Origin: an uncultured Pirellulales bacterium | GTDB taxonomy: Bacteria > Planctomycetota > Phycisphaerae > Sedimentisphaerales > Anaerobacaceae | DNA length: 58,264 bases | Assembly (NCBI GenBank): GCA_964476475.1 | Contig: CAYZAT010000001.1 | Location: 1-58,264, forward strand | Reading direction: 5' to 3' | Part shown: positions 16,295-26,022 of the stretch, piece by piece | How the letters are laid out: each line of letters starts with the position of its first letter | Position numbering within the stretch: position 1 is the stretch's first letter | Notes under the pieces: model-generated | Seen by the model: only the letters and a program-made list of their open reading frames with translations | Database searches by the model: none | Told to the model about the DNA's origin: nothing | Translations under genes and position numbers: made by a program

Positions 16295-18664
16295 TTATTG
16301 CCTATCTTTCAATTCCCACGAGAGCACTTTCATCGAGTGCGGGGGCAACACGACGCGACTGCCGCTTGCGAATCCATGTAGGACATCTGTGCTGGCTTCA
16401 ACCTGTGGCCGGCCCGCCTCGAATTCGTTGTTTGCCGTGATGCTCTCAGCGCTGAGCGTCCAAGATGTTGCCTTGTTATCCGGTGCTTTTCCGGCGAATT
16501 TGACAATCACGGGCCGGGGCGCCGAAACATCCAGGTTGATAAGAATCAAACCGCGTTTACTGTCTTTGGCAAAGCCGTAGCTCCAAATCATTGGGATATC
16601 CGAGAGGGTCTCAACACCGTCCCTCGAAGTGAAATACCCCGTTGCATCGAAGGTCGGCTCATTTTTCGAGTGAATCGTTTTGACCAGGTTGCCTCCGATG
16701 ACTTTGTTCGCCAACATGCAGGCCAGAAACGTGGGGCGGTATCGCTCATATCCTTTCCGCATGTTCAGCGCCGTACCCCAGAGGCGCACTTCACCGATGC
16801 CGTGCGCGCGATAGCCGTGCTGGATGAGCGAGAATAGACATTGCGTCCGAAGACCGTGCTTGCGCATCATTAACAGCATGTTATTGGCGACGTTGAGGCC
16901 GCCTCCAATCGAAGTCACGATCTTGTTTCTCGGTTCCAGCGGGGCATCGCCGTGCGTTGTGTGATGGTTAACCTCGTAAATGGAAAGCTCGATCCCCGAT
17001 TTGCGGGCAAGCTCGGCGTTTTGGTACATGGCTCCGCGCGGATCTTGCGAACGCCAGATGGGCTTGGCGAAAATCCACTTAAAGAGTTTCTCATCGTTAT
17101 CCAGAATCTCCAGGTCTTTCTTATTCAAGCTCGAAATGAGATACGGCGCCACGGAGAAGCGATCTGCGTTCGTGGAATTCTCGAGAATACCGGCGTTTCG
17201 CCCCGACCAGGCCGCCTGGCCGGCGGTGTGAAACAGAACTTCTCGCGTGTAATAGGGTGAGCTTTTGCCCGCGTCGATCAGGTCCTTCCAATAGTCCGGC
17301 CCGTTATATCCGCCGCACTGGTACCACGCGGCGTTGTTCCACGCCTCGTTACCGAACTCGATATGGATGTGCTCGAACACCTCCGTCCACGGCTTCACCT
17401 GCCCCAGCTCGGCCCGTTTCTTGCCGTACCCCACGTCCGCCGGAGCGCCTAAGTATTCCATGAAGTTCGCAAGCTCTTCCTTGTGCAAGGTGCCGGGCAG
17501 ACAGTACCACGGTTCGCTGCCCAGATAAGCGCACAGTTCGTACATCTCGTGCAAGCCATAAGGATCGGTTTGATGACTGGCATAGGGACCATAGGTACGT
17601 GTCTTTCGATTTGAATACGAATGTGATCGCAAGGGCGGAGCCATAGTGTTGTCGATCGTACTACCCCCGGTTTGCAGATACCGAATCGCGCCGGGATTGA
17701 ACTTTTTGAGCGTCGCAATCAGATCGTCCCGAAATACGGTCGGGTTGGCATCTCCTTCCATCCACAACTCGATATCATCCACCAGGATGTCCCCTCCCGT
17801 TGCTTCGAGCTTGAAGAACACATGTTGGTTACCTCCTTCGGGGACTGTATCGACGATAATTATCTCGTCGTATTGCTTCCATTGACGTTCCGGTTCGATG
17901 GTTTTCGTCCGGCCCCATCGGGAGGCTTCTATGGCGAGCCTGGGCCTGCCGGTCTTGGCCCTAGCCCAGAAACGCACGTGCCATCGGCCGTTCAGCGCGC
18001 CGTATCGATGATAATGTGTGCTCAGGTGATAGTGTGCCTTGCCGGCGGAGCCTTTCAGATTCAATGCCGCGCAGCCAAACACGCCCGGCGGGACGTCGCC
18101 GATGGATATCTCGTTATTCTTGGAGGTCCAGAATCCGTCGAGACTGCGAAATTGCCCGTCTTTCAGCCTGAAAGCCTCGACAAGCAGCCCTCCGTTGGGA
18201 GGCCCGGGCTTAACCTCCTTGTCGAACTCGATGTACATAAAGTCTTGCATCTTGCCTTCATGCATCACTTTCTTCGTGCTGATCGCTTTGATTTTGCCGT
18301 GCGTCCCTCTGGCCGGGCCGGAGAGAATGGTGTAATAACCATACTCGGTCATCAAATCTTGCCAACCCTGTGGCTGACGAAACCACGACGTCGCGCCGTT
18401 TTCATCCTGGCTCGGACCGAAATGGCATTGTCGATACGTGGTGCCCTCGAAGTTTTCCTGTGCGCGCTTCTTGGTCAGCACGGCGCCGGAATAATACGTG
18501 TCACCGCCCAGATTAATACCGAACCGGACGGTATCTTTCACGAGTACCGTATCGGTTATCTCAACGATCGTTGTATCCGTCTGGCCTGTAGTTACGCCTG
18601 AAGAGATGATAATCAATGTTACAAGGCAAAGGATTTTGACTATTTTAAAACGGGTGTTTTTCAT
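16295..18664 (-). CDS. Exported glycoside hydrolase, clan GH-A-like TIM barrel with an N-terminal beta-sandwich; family unresolved
   Basis: The acid/base-like motif HIEFGNEAWNNAAWY is present, along with a signal/anchor (MKNTRFKIVKILCLVTLIIISSG). I chose the start at M13 of the track ORF (ATG 18664, with aggag 9 nt upstream). Family assignment needs an HMM search. Confidence 0.6.
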   Translation of the reverse strand: MKNTRFKIVKILCLVTLIIISSGVTTGQTDTTIVEITDTVLVKDTVRFGINLGGDTYYSGAVLTKKRAQENFEGTTYRQCHFGPSQDENGATSWFRQPQGWQDLMTEYGYYTILSGPARGTHGKIKAISTKKVMHEGKMQDFMYIEFDKEVKPGPPNGGLLVEAFRLKDGQFRSLDGFWTSKNNEISIGDVPPGVFGCAALNLKGSAGKAHYHLSTHYHRYGALNGRWHVRFWARAKTGRPRLAIEASRWGRTKTIEPERQWKQYDEIIIVDTVPEGGNQHVFFKLEATGGDILVDDIELWMEGDANPTVFRDDLIATLKKFNPGAIRYLQTGGSTIDNTMAPPLRSHSYSNRKTRTYGPYASHQTDPYGLHEMYELCAYLGSEPWYCLPGTLHKEELANFMEYLGAPADVGYGKKRAELGQVKPWTEVFEHIHIEFGNEAWNNAAWYQCGGYNGPDYWKDLIDAGKSSPYYTREVLFHTAGQAAWSGRNAGILENSTNADRFSVAPYLISSLNKKDLEILDNDEKLFKWIFAKPIWRSQDPRGAMYQNAELARKSGIELSIYEVNHHTTHGDAPLEPRNKIVTSIGGGLNVANNMLLMMRKHGLRTQCLFSLIQHGYRAHGIGEVRLWGTALNMRKGYERYRPTFLACMLANKVIGGNLVKTIHSKNEPTFDATGYFTSRDGVETLSDIPMIWSYGFAKDSKRGLILINLDVSAPRPVIVKFAGKAPDNKATSWTLSAESITANNEFEAGRPQVEASTDVLHGFASGSRVVLPPHSMKVLSWELKDRQ

Positions 18665-18700
18665 GCACATTGACTCCTGTTGTTTCTTTTCCAAAATCAA

Positions 18701-20338
18701 TCAGCGTAGCTCCAACACCTGGCCGTCGGCGAGAAGACGCTTTCGCAGTTTGGTGTAATCCACATTTTGTACATCGATGTCTTCGTCAATGGCGAACGCG
18801 GCGGCGGTCGCAGCGGATTGGCCGAGGATCATAAAGACCGGCTCCATGCGGATCGAACCATAGGCGATATGCGATGAAGACAGGCAGACGGGCACGAGCA
18901 GATTCGTGCACTCCGAGGCCTTCGGTACGAGCGCCTCATACGAAATCGGGTAAGGGCCGCCGGGATTGATCTGGATATCGCCCTCGTTCCGGGCATGGCC
19001 GTCCTTATCAACGTATCGCTGGACGTTATGCGAGTCCATGTTGTAGGAACCCATGCCGACGGGTTTCGGCGTCGGCTTGATTTTCCTCAGGTGTAACTCG
19101 GTCATGACGAAATCACTCACCATTCTCCTGGCTTCTCTGACGTAAATCTGGTGGGGCCAGTGATCGTTGTCTTTGAACTCGTCCTTAGCCAATCCCCACT
19201 GGCTGACTTTTTCTCGCACGTCTGCGGGGACGCGCGGATCGTAAGCGAGAAACCACATGAGCCCTTTCTGGTAATCCTCATGCTCTTTGAGAATTTGTCG
19301 CCGGCGCTCGTAGGTGGCTTCGGGATAGTCGTAGTTCAAGCCGATGTTGTCGGTCGAGAAAGCGCCGTGATTGTTCGTATCGGTTTTGGCGTTCGGTGCC
19401 GGATCGAACTTGGCGAATATCGCCCGCCAGCCCTGATCGAGGTACCGGGCCAGCAATTCGTACTCCATCGGATCGTAGTTGTCGGGTTTGGAGAAAGGCA
19501 CGCGGTTCTCGGGCACTTTCGTCAGGCACATACGATAATTGTACGCCTGAACGCGATGGTCGCTCTGGCCTTCCTGACCGGGGGAGCCGGAGTGGATTCG
19601 CGGCAACAACCCGCTGGCGGGTTCGCCGGGTTTGATGTACGGATCGACCGGTTTAGTAAACTGGTGGGAGATTGCGTTGCGGGTTTGGACACCGTTCAAC
19701 GTCTCGCCGTAAACCTCATTGCCTTCGCGACCGACATGGTAGCTGATTCCCACGCTGGCCATCAGGTCGCCTTCATATGTCGCGTCGATGAAGACTTTGC
19801 CGCGATAGGTTTTCCCGCTCAACATGGTGATCGAGACAATGCGCGATCCATCTTTCTCGACGCCACTTTTACGATTGAGCCACTGATCTCGGTGCACAGG
19901 GATCTCATACTCGTCAACAAGTTGCTCGAAGGTTTGCTCGGCCACACGCGGTTCGAAAACCCACATGGCGTCGTCATTGGGGCGGTATCGGGAATAATCT
20001 TCTGGTTTCTGAAACATCCAGGCTTCGGATTTGTCGTAGTGTTTCTTGACGCGCTGGTAGAATTCCCGCGATATCCCGCCGACCGCTTCCTTCCGACCCG
20101 AATCGGTCCAACCCAGCCCGCCGGCCGTCAGGCCGCCCAAATGTGTCTCAGGACAAACGACAATGACCGTTTTGCCCATGCGTTTGGCCTGCACCGCCGC
20201 CGCCATGGCCGCCGAAGTGCCGCCATAAATGACCACATCATAAGTCTTCCGAGTACCGGCCGAAGAGATTGCCGTCGGGGTGCACTGCATGCCGGTAAGT
20301 GCAATGGTCAGCAATGTGAGGATGACTGTCTTTCGCAT
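18701..20338 (-). CDS. Exported FAD-dependent oxidoreductase (FAD_oxidored/PF12831-like)
   Basis: A signal peptide is followed by the Rossmann motif YDVVIYGGTSAAMAAAVQAKRMGKTVIVVCPETHLGGLTAGGLGWTD. This protein type is commonly found next to CAZymes and sulfatases in PVC bacteria. Confidence 0.8.
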   Translation of the reverse strand: MRKTVILTLLTIALTGMQCTPTAISSAGTRKTYDVVIYGGTSAAMAAAVQAKRMGKTVIVVCPETHLGGLTAGGLGWTDSGRKEAVGGISREFYQRVKKHYDKSEAWMFQKPEDYSRYRPNDDAMWVFEPRVAEQTFEQLVDEYEIPVHRDQWLNRKSGVEKDGSRIVSITMLSGKTYRGKVFIDATYEGDLMASVGISYHVGREGNEVYGETLNGVQTRNAISHQFTKPVDPYIKPGEPASGLLPRIHSGSPGQEGQSDHRVQAYNYRMCLTKVPENRVPFSKPDNYDPMEYELLARYLDQGWRAIFAKFDPAPNAKTDTNNHGAFSTDNIGLNYDYPEATYERRRQILKEHEDYQKGLMWFLAYDPRVPADVREKVSQWGLAKDEFKDNDHWPHQIYVREARRMVSDFVMTELHLRKIKPTPKPVGMGSYNMDSHNVQRYVDKDGHARNEGDIQINPGGPYPISYEALVPKASECTNLLVPVCLSSSHIAYGSIRMEPVFMILGQSAATAAAFAIDEDIDVQNVDYTKLRKRLLADGQVLELR

Positions 20339-20357
20339 ACGCTTCTCCTTGCGATCA

Positions 20358-20426
20358 TGTAGGGGCGACCCTGTGGGTTCGCCCGGACGTTAACAATGAA
20401 TGAGGGCAATCTCACGAGATTGTCCC
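20358..20426. repeat. GC-rich hairpin element (family 2), intergenic copy
   Basis: The sequence is tgtaggggcgaccctgtgggttcgcccggacgttaacaatgaatgagggcaatctcacgagattgtccc. It forms two hairpins: gggcga...tcgccc, and gggcaatct...agattgtccc with a bulge. Confidence 0.6.
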
Positions 20427-20621
20427 TGTTCGGTCTTCGACATTATATCGAATTGGATCTCTCAAGGGAAATCCTTATCGGGAATGACTGAATTATGCCA
20501 TAGTATGGAAATAATACTTAAAAAATACAAAACCGTAACAAAACGGTAACATCCGGCTGGCATTATTGTTTTGGTCGATATACAATATAAATGATGGCTA
20601 TCATGAAACGGGAGGTATCTT

Positions 20622-22382
20622 ATGTTCGAGAAACTGCGACTCAAACTGATCTTGATTTTAGCGGTATGGGTATTACAGACGACGGTGGGGGCGCAGCCCT
20701 TGCCGCCGGCGATCCAGTGGATTCCGCAGGATGCCGTCATTTCCCTGGAGTTGTCCAATGCCAAAGCATTGGTCGATCTTTTTGCAGGAGAAAAGGCCGT
20801 CGAGTTTATTACTTCGCTACCCGTATACCAGAAGCAGACCGCGAATCCCAAGTTCAGGGAATTTCTCGGTATCGTTGCCTATCTGGAAGCGACGTTGGGC
20901 GCGGATTGGCGGACCGCTCTGACCAGGCTGACGGGCGGGGGGATCACGTTTGCGATCTGTCCGGAGGAGACGGTGATCCTTATCATCGATGCTGAAGACG
21001 AGCACATGTTGAATCGGCTCCACGAGACATTTCTCAATATCGCCCGATCCGAAGCCCAGAAGCAAGGTCGGTCCAACAGCGTCGCCTCCAAAGAGTATCA
21101 AGGTATCACGGCGTGGACGTTCGATGGGAAAGAGGCGCATGCAATTATCGGTAAGCGGTTTGTTCTGTCCAATCGTTCTGCGAGACTCAAAGCCGTGCTG
21201 GAGCGACGGTCCGGAACCGGGGGAGCGAGCCTGGCCTCGAAACCGAACTATCGGCGGGCAAAGAGCAAAGTAGAATCCGGTTCTGTAGCGACGGTTTTTG
21301 CCGATCTCAGGCTCTTGATGCAAATTCCCAAGGTGGCCGAGCTTCTCGAACAGCAGAGCAGGAATCCCATGGCGGCGCTGGCTTTTGCGGGCATTGCTGA
21401 ATCCATCCGTGATTCGAGCTGGCTGGCATTGAAATTGGACGTTCAGGGCGACACCTTGACCCTCCAACCCGTCGTGGATGGCAAGACCGTCTCGCCAACG
21501 AGCCCGGCGGCATTTGCTCTGCCCAAAGAGGCCGGCGACGGCGCTTTGCCGAACCTGCCGGTACCTCGCCGCATCGCCGCCCTGACGCTGTATCGCGACT
21601 TGCATCAGTTCTATGCCGCCAAAGACGAGCTATTTCCCGAGCGCACGTCCGGCTTGATCTTCTTCGAGAACATGATGGGTATCTTCTTCAGCGGGCGCGA
21701 TCTGACGAATGAGGTCCTGGCCGAAACGAAACCCGATCTGCGTTTTGTGGTGGCCGAGCAGCAGTTCGATCCGACTATCGGCACGCCCCAGATCAGACTG
21801 CCCGCTTTTGCCGTCATCCTCCGGCTACAGAATCCGGGGCCGTTCAAAGAGGTCGCCGAAGAGGCGTGGCAGAAAGCCCTGGGATTAATCAACTTCACAC
21901 GCGGCCAACAGGCCCTGCCCGGATTGATTATCGACCGTCCCGTCCATGACGATACTAAATTTTCGATGGCCTATTTTTCGACGGCGGATGTCAAGGACAA
22001 GACGAAACTGGACACCCGGTTTAATATGCGCCCGTCATTGGCCATGCCGGGGGACTACCTGATTCTCAGCTCGGCGGAAGGTTTGGCATGCGATCTTATT
22101 GACGCCTTGAAACGCGAAAAGGAACGAACCGTCGAGGCGCTAGCCGAAACGCATAGCCTTCTTGAGATTGAGGGACGTCGGCTGGCTTCGATTTTGGAGG
22201 CCAACCGGGGCGTGCTCGTCCGAGGGGACATGGTCAAGAAAGGTCGTACGCAAGAGGAGGCCGAAGCCGGGATCGACATGCTTATCACGGTGGTGAAACT
22301 GGTGGATCGCATCGGACTGAGCATTGGTACGGACGAGGGACTAACTCAGGCGCGATTGGAGATGAAACTGAACATTAATTGA
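20622..22382 (+). CDS. Exported hypothetical protein (586 aa)
   Basis: A strong RBS (gggaggtatctt) precedes the ATG and there is a signal peptide (MFEKLRLKLILILAVWVLQTTVGA). I recognise no motif with confidence, though it may be DUF3352-like. Confidence 0.6.
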   Translation: MFEKLRLKLILILAVWVLQTTVGAQPLPPAIQWIPQDAVISLELSNAKALVDLFAGEKAVEFITSLPVYQKQTANPKFREFLGIVAYLEATLGADWRTALTRLTGGGITFAICPEETVILIIDAEDEHMLNRLHETFLNIARSEAQKQGRSNSVASKEYQGITAWTFDGKEAHAIIGKRFVLSNRSARLKAVLERRSGTGGASLASKPNYRRAKSKVESGSVATVFADLRLLMQIPKVAELLEQQSRNPMAALAFAGIAESIRDSSWLALKLDVQGDTLTLQPVVDGKTVSPTSPAAFALPKEAGDGALPNLPVPRRIAALTLYRDLHQFYAAKDELFPERTSGLIFFENMMGIFFSGRDLTNEVLAETKPDLRFVVAEQQFDPTIGTPQIRLPAFAVILRLQNPGPFKEVAEEAWQKALGLINFTRGQQALPGLIIDRPVHDDTKFSMAYFSTADVKDKTKLDTRFNMRPSLAMPGDYLILSSAEGLACDLIDALKREKERTVEALAETHSLLEIEGRRLASILEANRGVLVRGDMVKKGRTQEEAEAGIDMLITVVKLVDRIGLSIGTDEGLTQARLEMKLNIN

Positions 22383-22477
22383 CATTGAATAATGACGAAT
22401 GACTATTGACTATTTGCGCATTAGCAGCGATTCGACGCTATCAATCCGTTCATTCGTCAATAGTCAATAATCAATTG
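22383..22477. repeat. AT-rich word repeat (family 3: TGACTATTGAC / GACGAATGA words in inverted arms)
   Basis: The left arm is cattgaataatgacgaatgactattgactatttg and the right arm is ccgttcattcgtcaatagtcaataatcaattg, around a ~30-nt core. A related arrangement lies at 47626-47726. Confidence 0.55.
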
Positions 22478-22491
22478 AAAAGGGGACTTTC

Positions 22492-23853
22492 ATGGCCATG
22501 CAACGTGAAAGACTGAGCGATCCCGATTGGGCGTGGGCGGCGTACGAACCGGACGCCGAGCGGCCCTGGACGCTCGCTCAGGCCGGGCACCTTTATCGTC
22601 GAGCTGCTTGTGGGGCTACCTGGGAGCAATTGCAGCAGGCACTCTCGGATGGACCACAACGAACGATCGATAAGTTACTGAAACCACAGGCGGAGGTGGT
22701 AGCATTCAATACCAAATATGACCAGTATGAGACATCCACCACTTCGATTAGTGATTTGCGGGCATGGTGGCTTCGACGAATGATCCAAACCCCCCATCCG
22801 CTTTTAGAGAAAATGACGTTGTTCTGGCACAGCCATTTTGCCACCAGCGGTTCGGCGGTTCAGAACGTTTCACTGATGCGGCAACACATCCGGCTTCTCC
22901 GCCGCCAGGCCCTGGGTTCGTTCGGAATCCTTCTCGAAGGTGTTTCGCGCGATCCCGCAGTTTTTCTCTGGTTGGGTGCCGACGCCAATCGCAAAGCCCT
23001 TCCGAATGATAACTTCGTCCGACCATTCATGGAAACCTTTACGATAGGCCCCGACCACTGTACGGAAAAGGACATTCAGGAGGCCGCCAGGGCCTTTACC
23101 GGCTGGTTCGTACTGAGGGGACAGCTTCGTTATATTCCTCGCGAACAAGATGATGGTGTCAAGCACATCCTCGGCCGGGAAGGGGATTTTACGAGTGACG
23201 ATGTGGTGCGAATCTTGCTCGAACAGCCGGCTACGTCGCGGAGGGTGGTTCGTAAATTGTATCGCTGGTTGATTAGCGAAACGGAGGAGCCGAACGCTGA
23301 TCTGATTGTGCCTTTGTCCGAGTCCTTCGCAAAGGACTATAATGTGCTTGGACTCACCGAGAAGATGTTGCGCTCGAACTTGTTCTTCTCCTCGGCGGCT
23401 TATCGCCAGCGCATCAAGAGTCCGGTGGAATTTGCGTTAGGTGTCGTTAAAGGGTTGGAAGGCGTCGTGTCCACAACGCACCTCGCTCAAGATCTGGCCG
23501 CACTCGGTCAGAATCTCTACTATCCGCCGACGGTCAAAGGCTGGACGGGAGGACGATATTGGATGGATAGCGCGTCGGTCGTCGGCCGGTATAATCTTGC
23601 GTTAGCGTTATTGCGAGACTCGGGGCCTTATGAGAAAAAGCTTAATCCTCGAATCGTCGTCGAGAAATATGCGTGTTCAACAGTCGAATCCGCTTCGAAA
23701 CTTCTGCTTGAATTGTTTCTGCAGGGTGATGTCGATCCCGGTGTCCGTGAGATGTTGTCCAAAACGATCCGGACGAAGGGCGATGGTTCCGATGCGAGTT
23801 TGCGTCGTTTTACCCATGGGGTCATCACGCTTCCTGAATTTCACCTGGCGTGA
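22492..23853 (+). CDS. DUF1800 domain protein
   Basis: The pattern LLEKMTLFWHSHFATS and the overall ~450-aa layout are typical of DUF1800. The gene is immediately followed by a DUF1501 gene, which is the canonical pairing. Confidence 0.85.
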   Translation: MAMQRERLSDPDWAWAAYEPDAERPWTLAQAGHLYRRAACGATWEQLQQALSDGPQRTIDKLLKPQAEVVAFNTKYDQYETSTTSISDLRAWWLRRMIQTPHPLLEKMTLFWHSHFATSGSAVQNVSLMRQHIRLLRRQALGSFGILLEGVSRDPAVFLWLGADANRKALPNDNFVRPFMETFTIGPDHCTEKDIQEAARAFTGWFVLRGQLRYIPREQDDGVKHILGREGDFTSDDVVRILLEQPATSRRVVRKLYRWLISETEEPNADLIVPLSESFAKDYNVLGLTEKMLRSNLFFSSAAYRQRIKSPVEFALGVVKGLEGVVSTTHLAQDLAALGQNLYYPPTVKGWTGGRYWMDSASVVGRYNLALALLRDSGPYEKKLNPRIVVEKYACSTVESASKLLLELFLQGDVDPGVREMLSKTIRTKGDGSDASLRRFTHGVITLPEFHLA

Positions 23854-23870
23854 AGATTGGAGAAAGTACT

Positions 23871-25136
23871 ATGTCTTATACACGACGTGATTTCTTGAAG
23901 GCTACGCTCGGGACTTCGGCGCTGCTCTCCTTCACAACACCGAATGTCCTCGTTCGCGCTGCACCGAGCGCCTCTCGCGGCGATGATAGCCGGACCGTTC
24001 TTGTCGTGATCCAACTATCCGGCGGAAATGATGGTCTGAATACGGTGGTTCCGTATGGGGACGACGAATACGCCCGCAATCGCCCGACGCTGGCCCTGTC
24101 GCCTAAAGAAGTGCATAAGATCGATTCATTGCTCGGCCTCCATCCGCGTATGGGCGCATTCAAGCGTTTGTATGACGAGGGATACCTGAGTATTATTCAG
24201 GGCGTCGGTTCCCCGAAATTCGAGGGTTCTCACGATGCTGCGATGCGGATATGGCATACGGCCGATTCCGATAATCCTAAACGTCAGACAGGTTGGCTCG
24301 GCCGGACGGTTGATAATATTTGGCGCGCGGATAGAACGGAGACACCGGCCGTCTTCGTTGGGCCGATCACTCAGCCGTTTGCCTTAAATGCTGAGAACGT
24401 GTTCGTTCCTTCCGTTCAATCGCCCGACGATTTGACGACCAACATCCATATGAACGCGGCTCTCCTTCGTGTCGAGGGCGTCCCGCCCTCGAATCGCGGG
24501 CAAGATGCGCGCGACACAGCGGCTCGATGCGACGATTCGCTATTGGATTTTCTTCGTCGTTGCACGTTGAAAGCCCATACAAGTACGCAACGGATCGAGG
24601 CCGTAACAAACTCGGCGGCTAACATCGGTGGCTATCCGTCATTCCGGCTCGCGCGGACTTTGCGAAACATCGCCCAGCTTATCCGGGCCGATATTGGTAT
24701 CAGGATATTCTTCGCCGAACTCGGCGGCGGCGGCATCGGCGGTTTCGACAATCACGCCAATCAAAAAGGCAACCACTGCGCCTTGTTGCACCAGTTATCT
24801 GAGTCCGTGGCGGCATTCGTCGATGATCTGAAACGCGATAAGCTGCTGGACCGGGTCTTATTGATGACGTTCTCGGAATTTGGCCGGACGGTCAAGGAAA
24901 ACGGCCGGCGCGGCACGGGGCACGGTGCGGCGGCCCCCATCTTCTTAGCCGGCGGTAAACTCAAAGGCGGGCTTATCGGCGCGCACCCCAGCCTTACGGA
25001 TTTGGTGAACGGCTCACCGAAGGTTCACACCGATTTTCGCCGGGTTTATGCAACCGTGCTGGATCGCTGGCTTGGTTTTGAAAGCCGATCCGTGCTTGGT
25101 AAGCAGTTTGAGCCGCTGGATATGCTGAATGTTTGA
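23871..25136 (+). CDS. DUF1501 (sulfatase-fold) protein with a Tat signal, carrying an in-frame repeat insertion
   Basis: The Tat signal is MSYTRRDFLKATLG. Family patterns are QLSGGNDGLN, FDNHANQ, SEFGRT and GTGHGAA. I chose ATG 23871 (ggagaaag RBS) rather than the track's 23850 start. Confidence 0.85.
   Translation: MSYTRRDFLKATLGTSALLSFTTPNVLVRAAPSASRGDDSRTVLVVIQLSGGNDGLNTVVPYGDDEYARNRPTLALSPKEVHKIDSLLGLHPRMGAFKRLYDEGYLSIIQGVGSPKFEGSHDAAMRIWHTADSDNPKRQTGWLGRTVDNIWRADRTETPAVFVGPITQPFALNAENVFVPSVQSPDDLTTNIHMNAALLRVEGVPPSNRGQDARDTAARCDDSLLDFLRRCTLKAHTSTQRIEAVTNSAANIGGYPSFRLARTLRNIAQLIRADIGIRIFFAELGGGGIGGFDNHANQKGNHCALLHQLSESVAAFVDDLKRDKLLDRVLLMTFSEFGRTVKENGRRGTGHGAAAPIFLAGGKLKGGLIGAHPSLTDLVNGSPKVHTDFRRVYATVLDRWLGFESRSVLGKQFEPLDMLNV
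24468..24517. repeat. GC-rich hairpin element (family 2), in-frame copy inside the DUF1501 gene (opposite orientation to the 14388 copy)
   Basis: The sequence is cgtgtcgagggcgtcccgccctcgaatcgcgggcaagatgcgcgcgacac. Hairpins are tcgagggcg-tcc-cgccctcga (24472-24492) and cgcgggca-aga-tgcgcgcg. It is translated as EGVPPSNRGQDARDTAA. Confidence 0.8.
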
Positions 25137-25964
25137 TCAGTTTTTCTTGTCGGTCTTTTTCAAGTCGGCGTAGCTGATGAGCTTAATCCCTAATCGGTCA
25201 ATTGCTTTCTTGATCCGTTTGCTGGTGAAAACTTCCGTGACGGCATCACGATCTTCGGCGACGTTCTCATATCCGACGTGACCGATAGCGCCCATCTCGG
25301 CGGTTTCCAGGCCGGGATGTTCGACGAAGAGGTAAGTCCCCGGTTTCAAACCTTCGAGATTTTTGATAAATGTCTCTATGCGATCTTGTGCGGTTTTGGC
25401 TTTCTTATATCCGGGAAACCTTCGCACCTCCCTGCCGGAAGACTGGATGTACAGATTATATTCCTTCGCCAGCTTCTTCCAAAGCGCCTGGACCTTGGGA
25501 TCCCAGCCCGAACAGCCCATGTGACACGTCATATGGGTCAGGTGCGGGACTTTGCGCTTGGCCATTTCAATCTGGGCGCGCATTTCCTTTTCGACGTCTT
25601 CAATTTTCCACTTTGCTTCTCGCAAAGCCGTCCCATTGGGTGCGCCTTTACGTCGCCAGAGTGTGGGATAGAAGTAACCGTCCGCATCCGTTAAACTGGG
25701 CACCCACGTCAACGGACGCCATTTGATGTTTTCCCATTCGCTGGTCAGGGTGACGTGAACGCCGACGTCCAGCCCCGGATTTTCGTTGAGCATTTTAGCC
25801 GCTTCCGGAAACCAGGCGCAGGGCACCATCAGTTCAACGCTTGTCATGACGCCTTCTTTGTAAGATCGGATACACGCCACGTTCGCAGCGTGACACGAGC
25901 CGATATCGTCGCCGCGAACGATCAGGTAAATGCCTTTATCTTCTTGCGCATACGAGGGATTCAC
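25137..25964 (-). CDS. YdjC/ChbG-like carbohydrate deacetylase; the 5' end is apparently frameshifted and the intact gene probably spans 25137-26023
   Basis: The sequence LIVRGDDIGSCHAANVACIRSYKEGVMTSVELMV...GLDVGVHVTLTSEW resembles the YdjC family. The track ORF starts at a GTG, and a 20-codon signal-peptide ORF sits just upstream in another frame (see the finding at 25961-26023). Confidence 0.65.
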   Translation of the reverse strand: MNPSYAQEDKGIYLIVRGDDIGSCHAANVACIRSYKEGVMTSVELMVPCAWFPEAAKMLNENPGLDVGVHVTLTSEWENIKWRPLTWVPSLTDADGYFYPTLWRRKGAPNGTALREAKWKIEDVEKEMRAQIEMAKRKVPHLTHMTCHMGCSGWDPKVQALWKKLAKEYNLYIQSSGREVRRFPGYKKAKTAQDRIETFIKNLEGLKPGTYLFVEHPGLETAEMGAIGHVGYENVAEDRDAVTEVFTSKRIKKAIDRLGIKLISYADLKKTDKKN

Positions 25965-26022
25965 ACGTCCAAAGCAATGACCAGCATAGACAGAACAAGC
26001 AATACAACATGTCGAGCATTCA

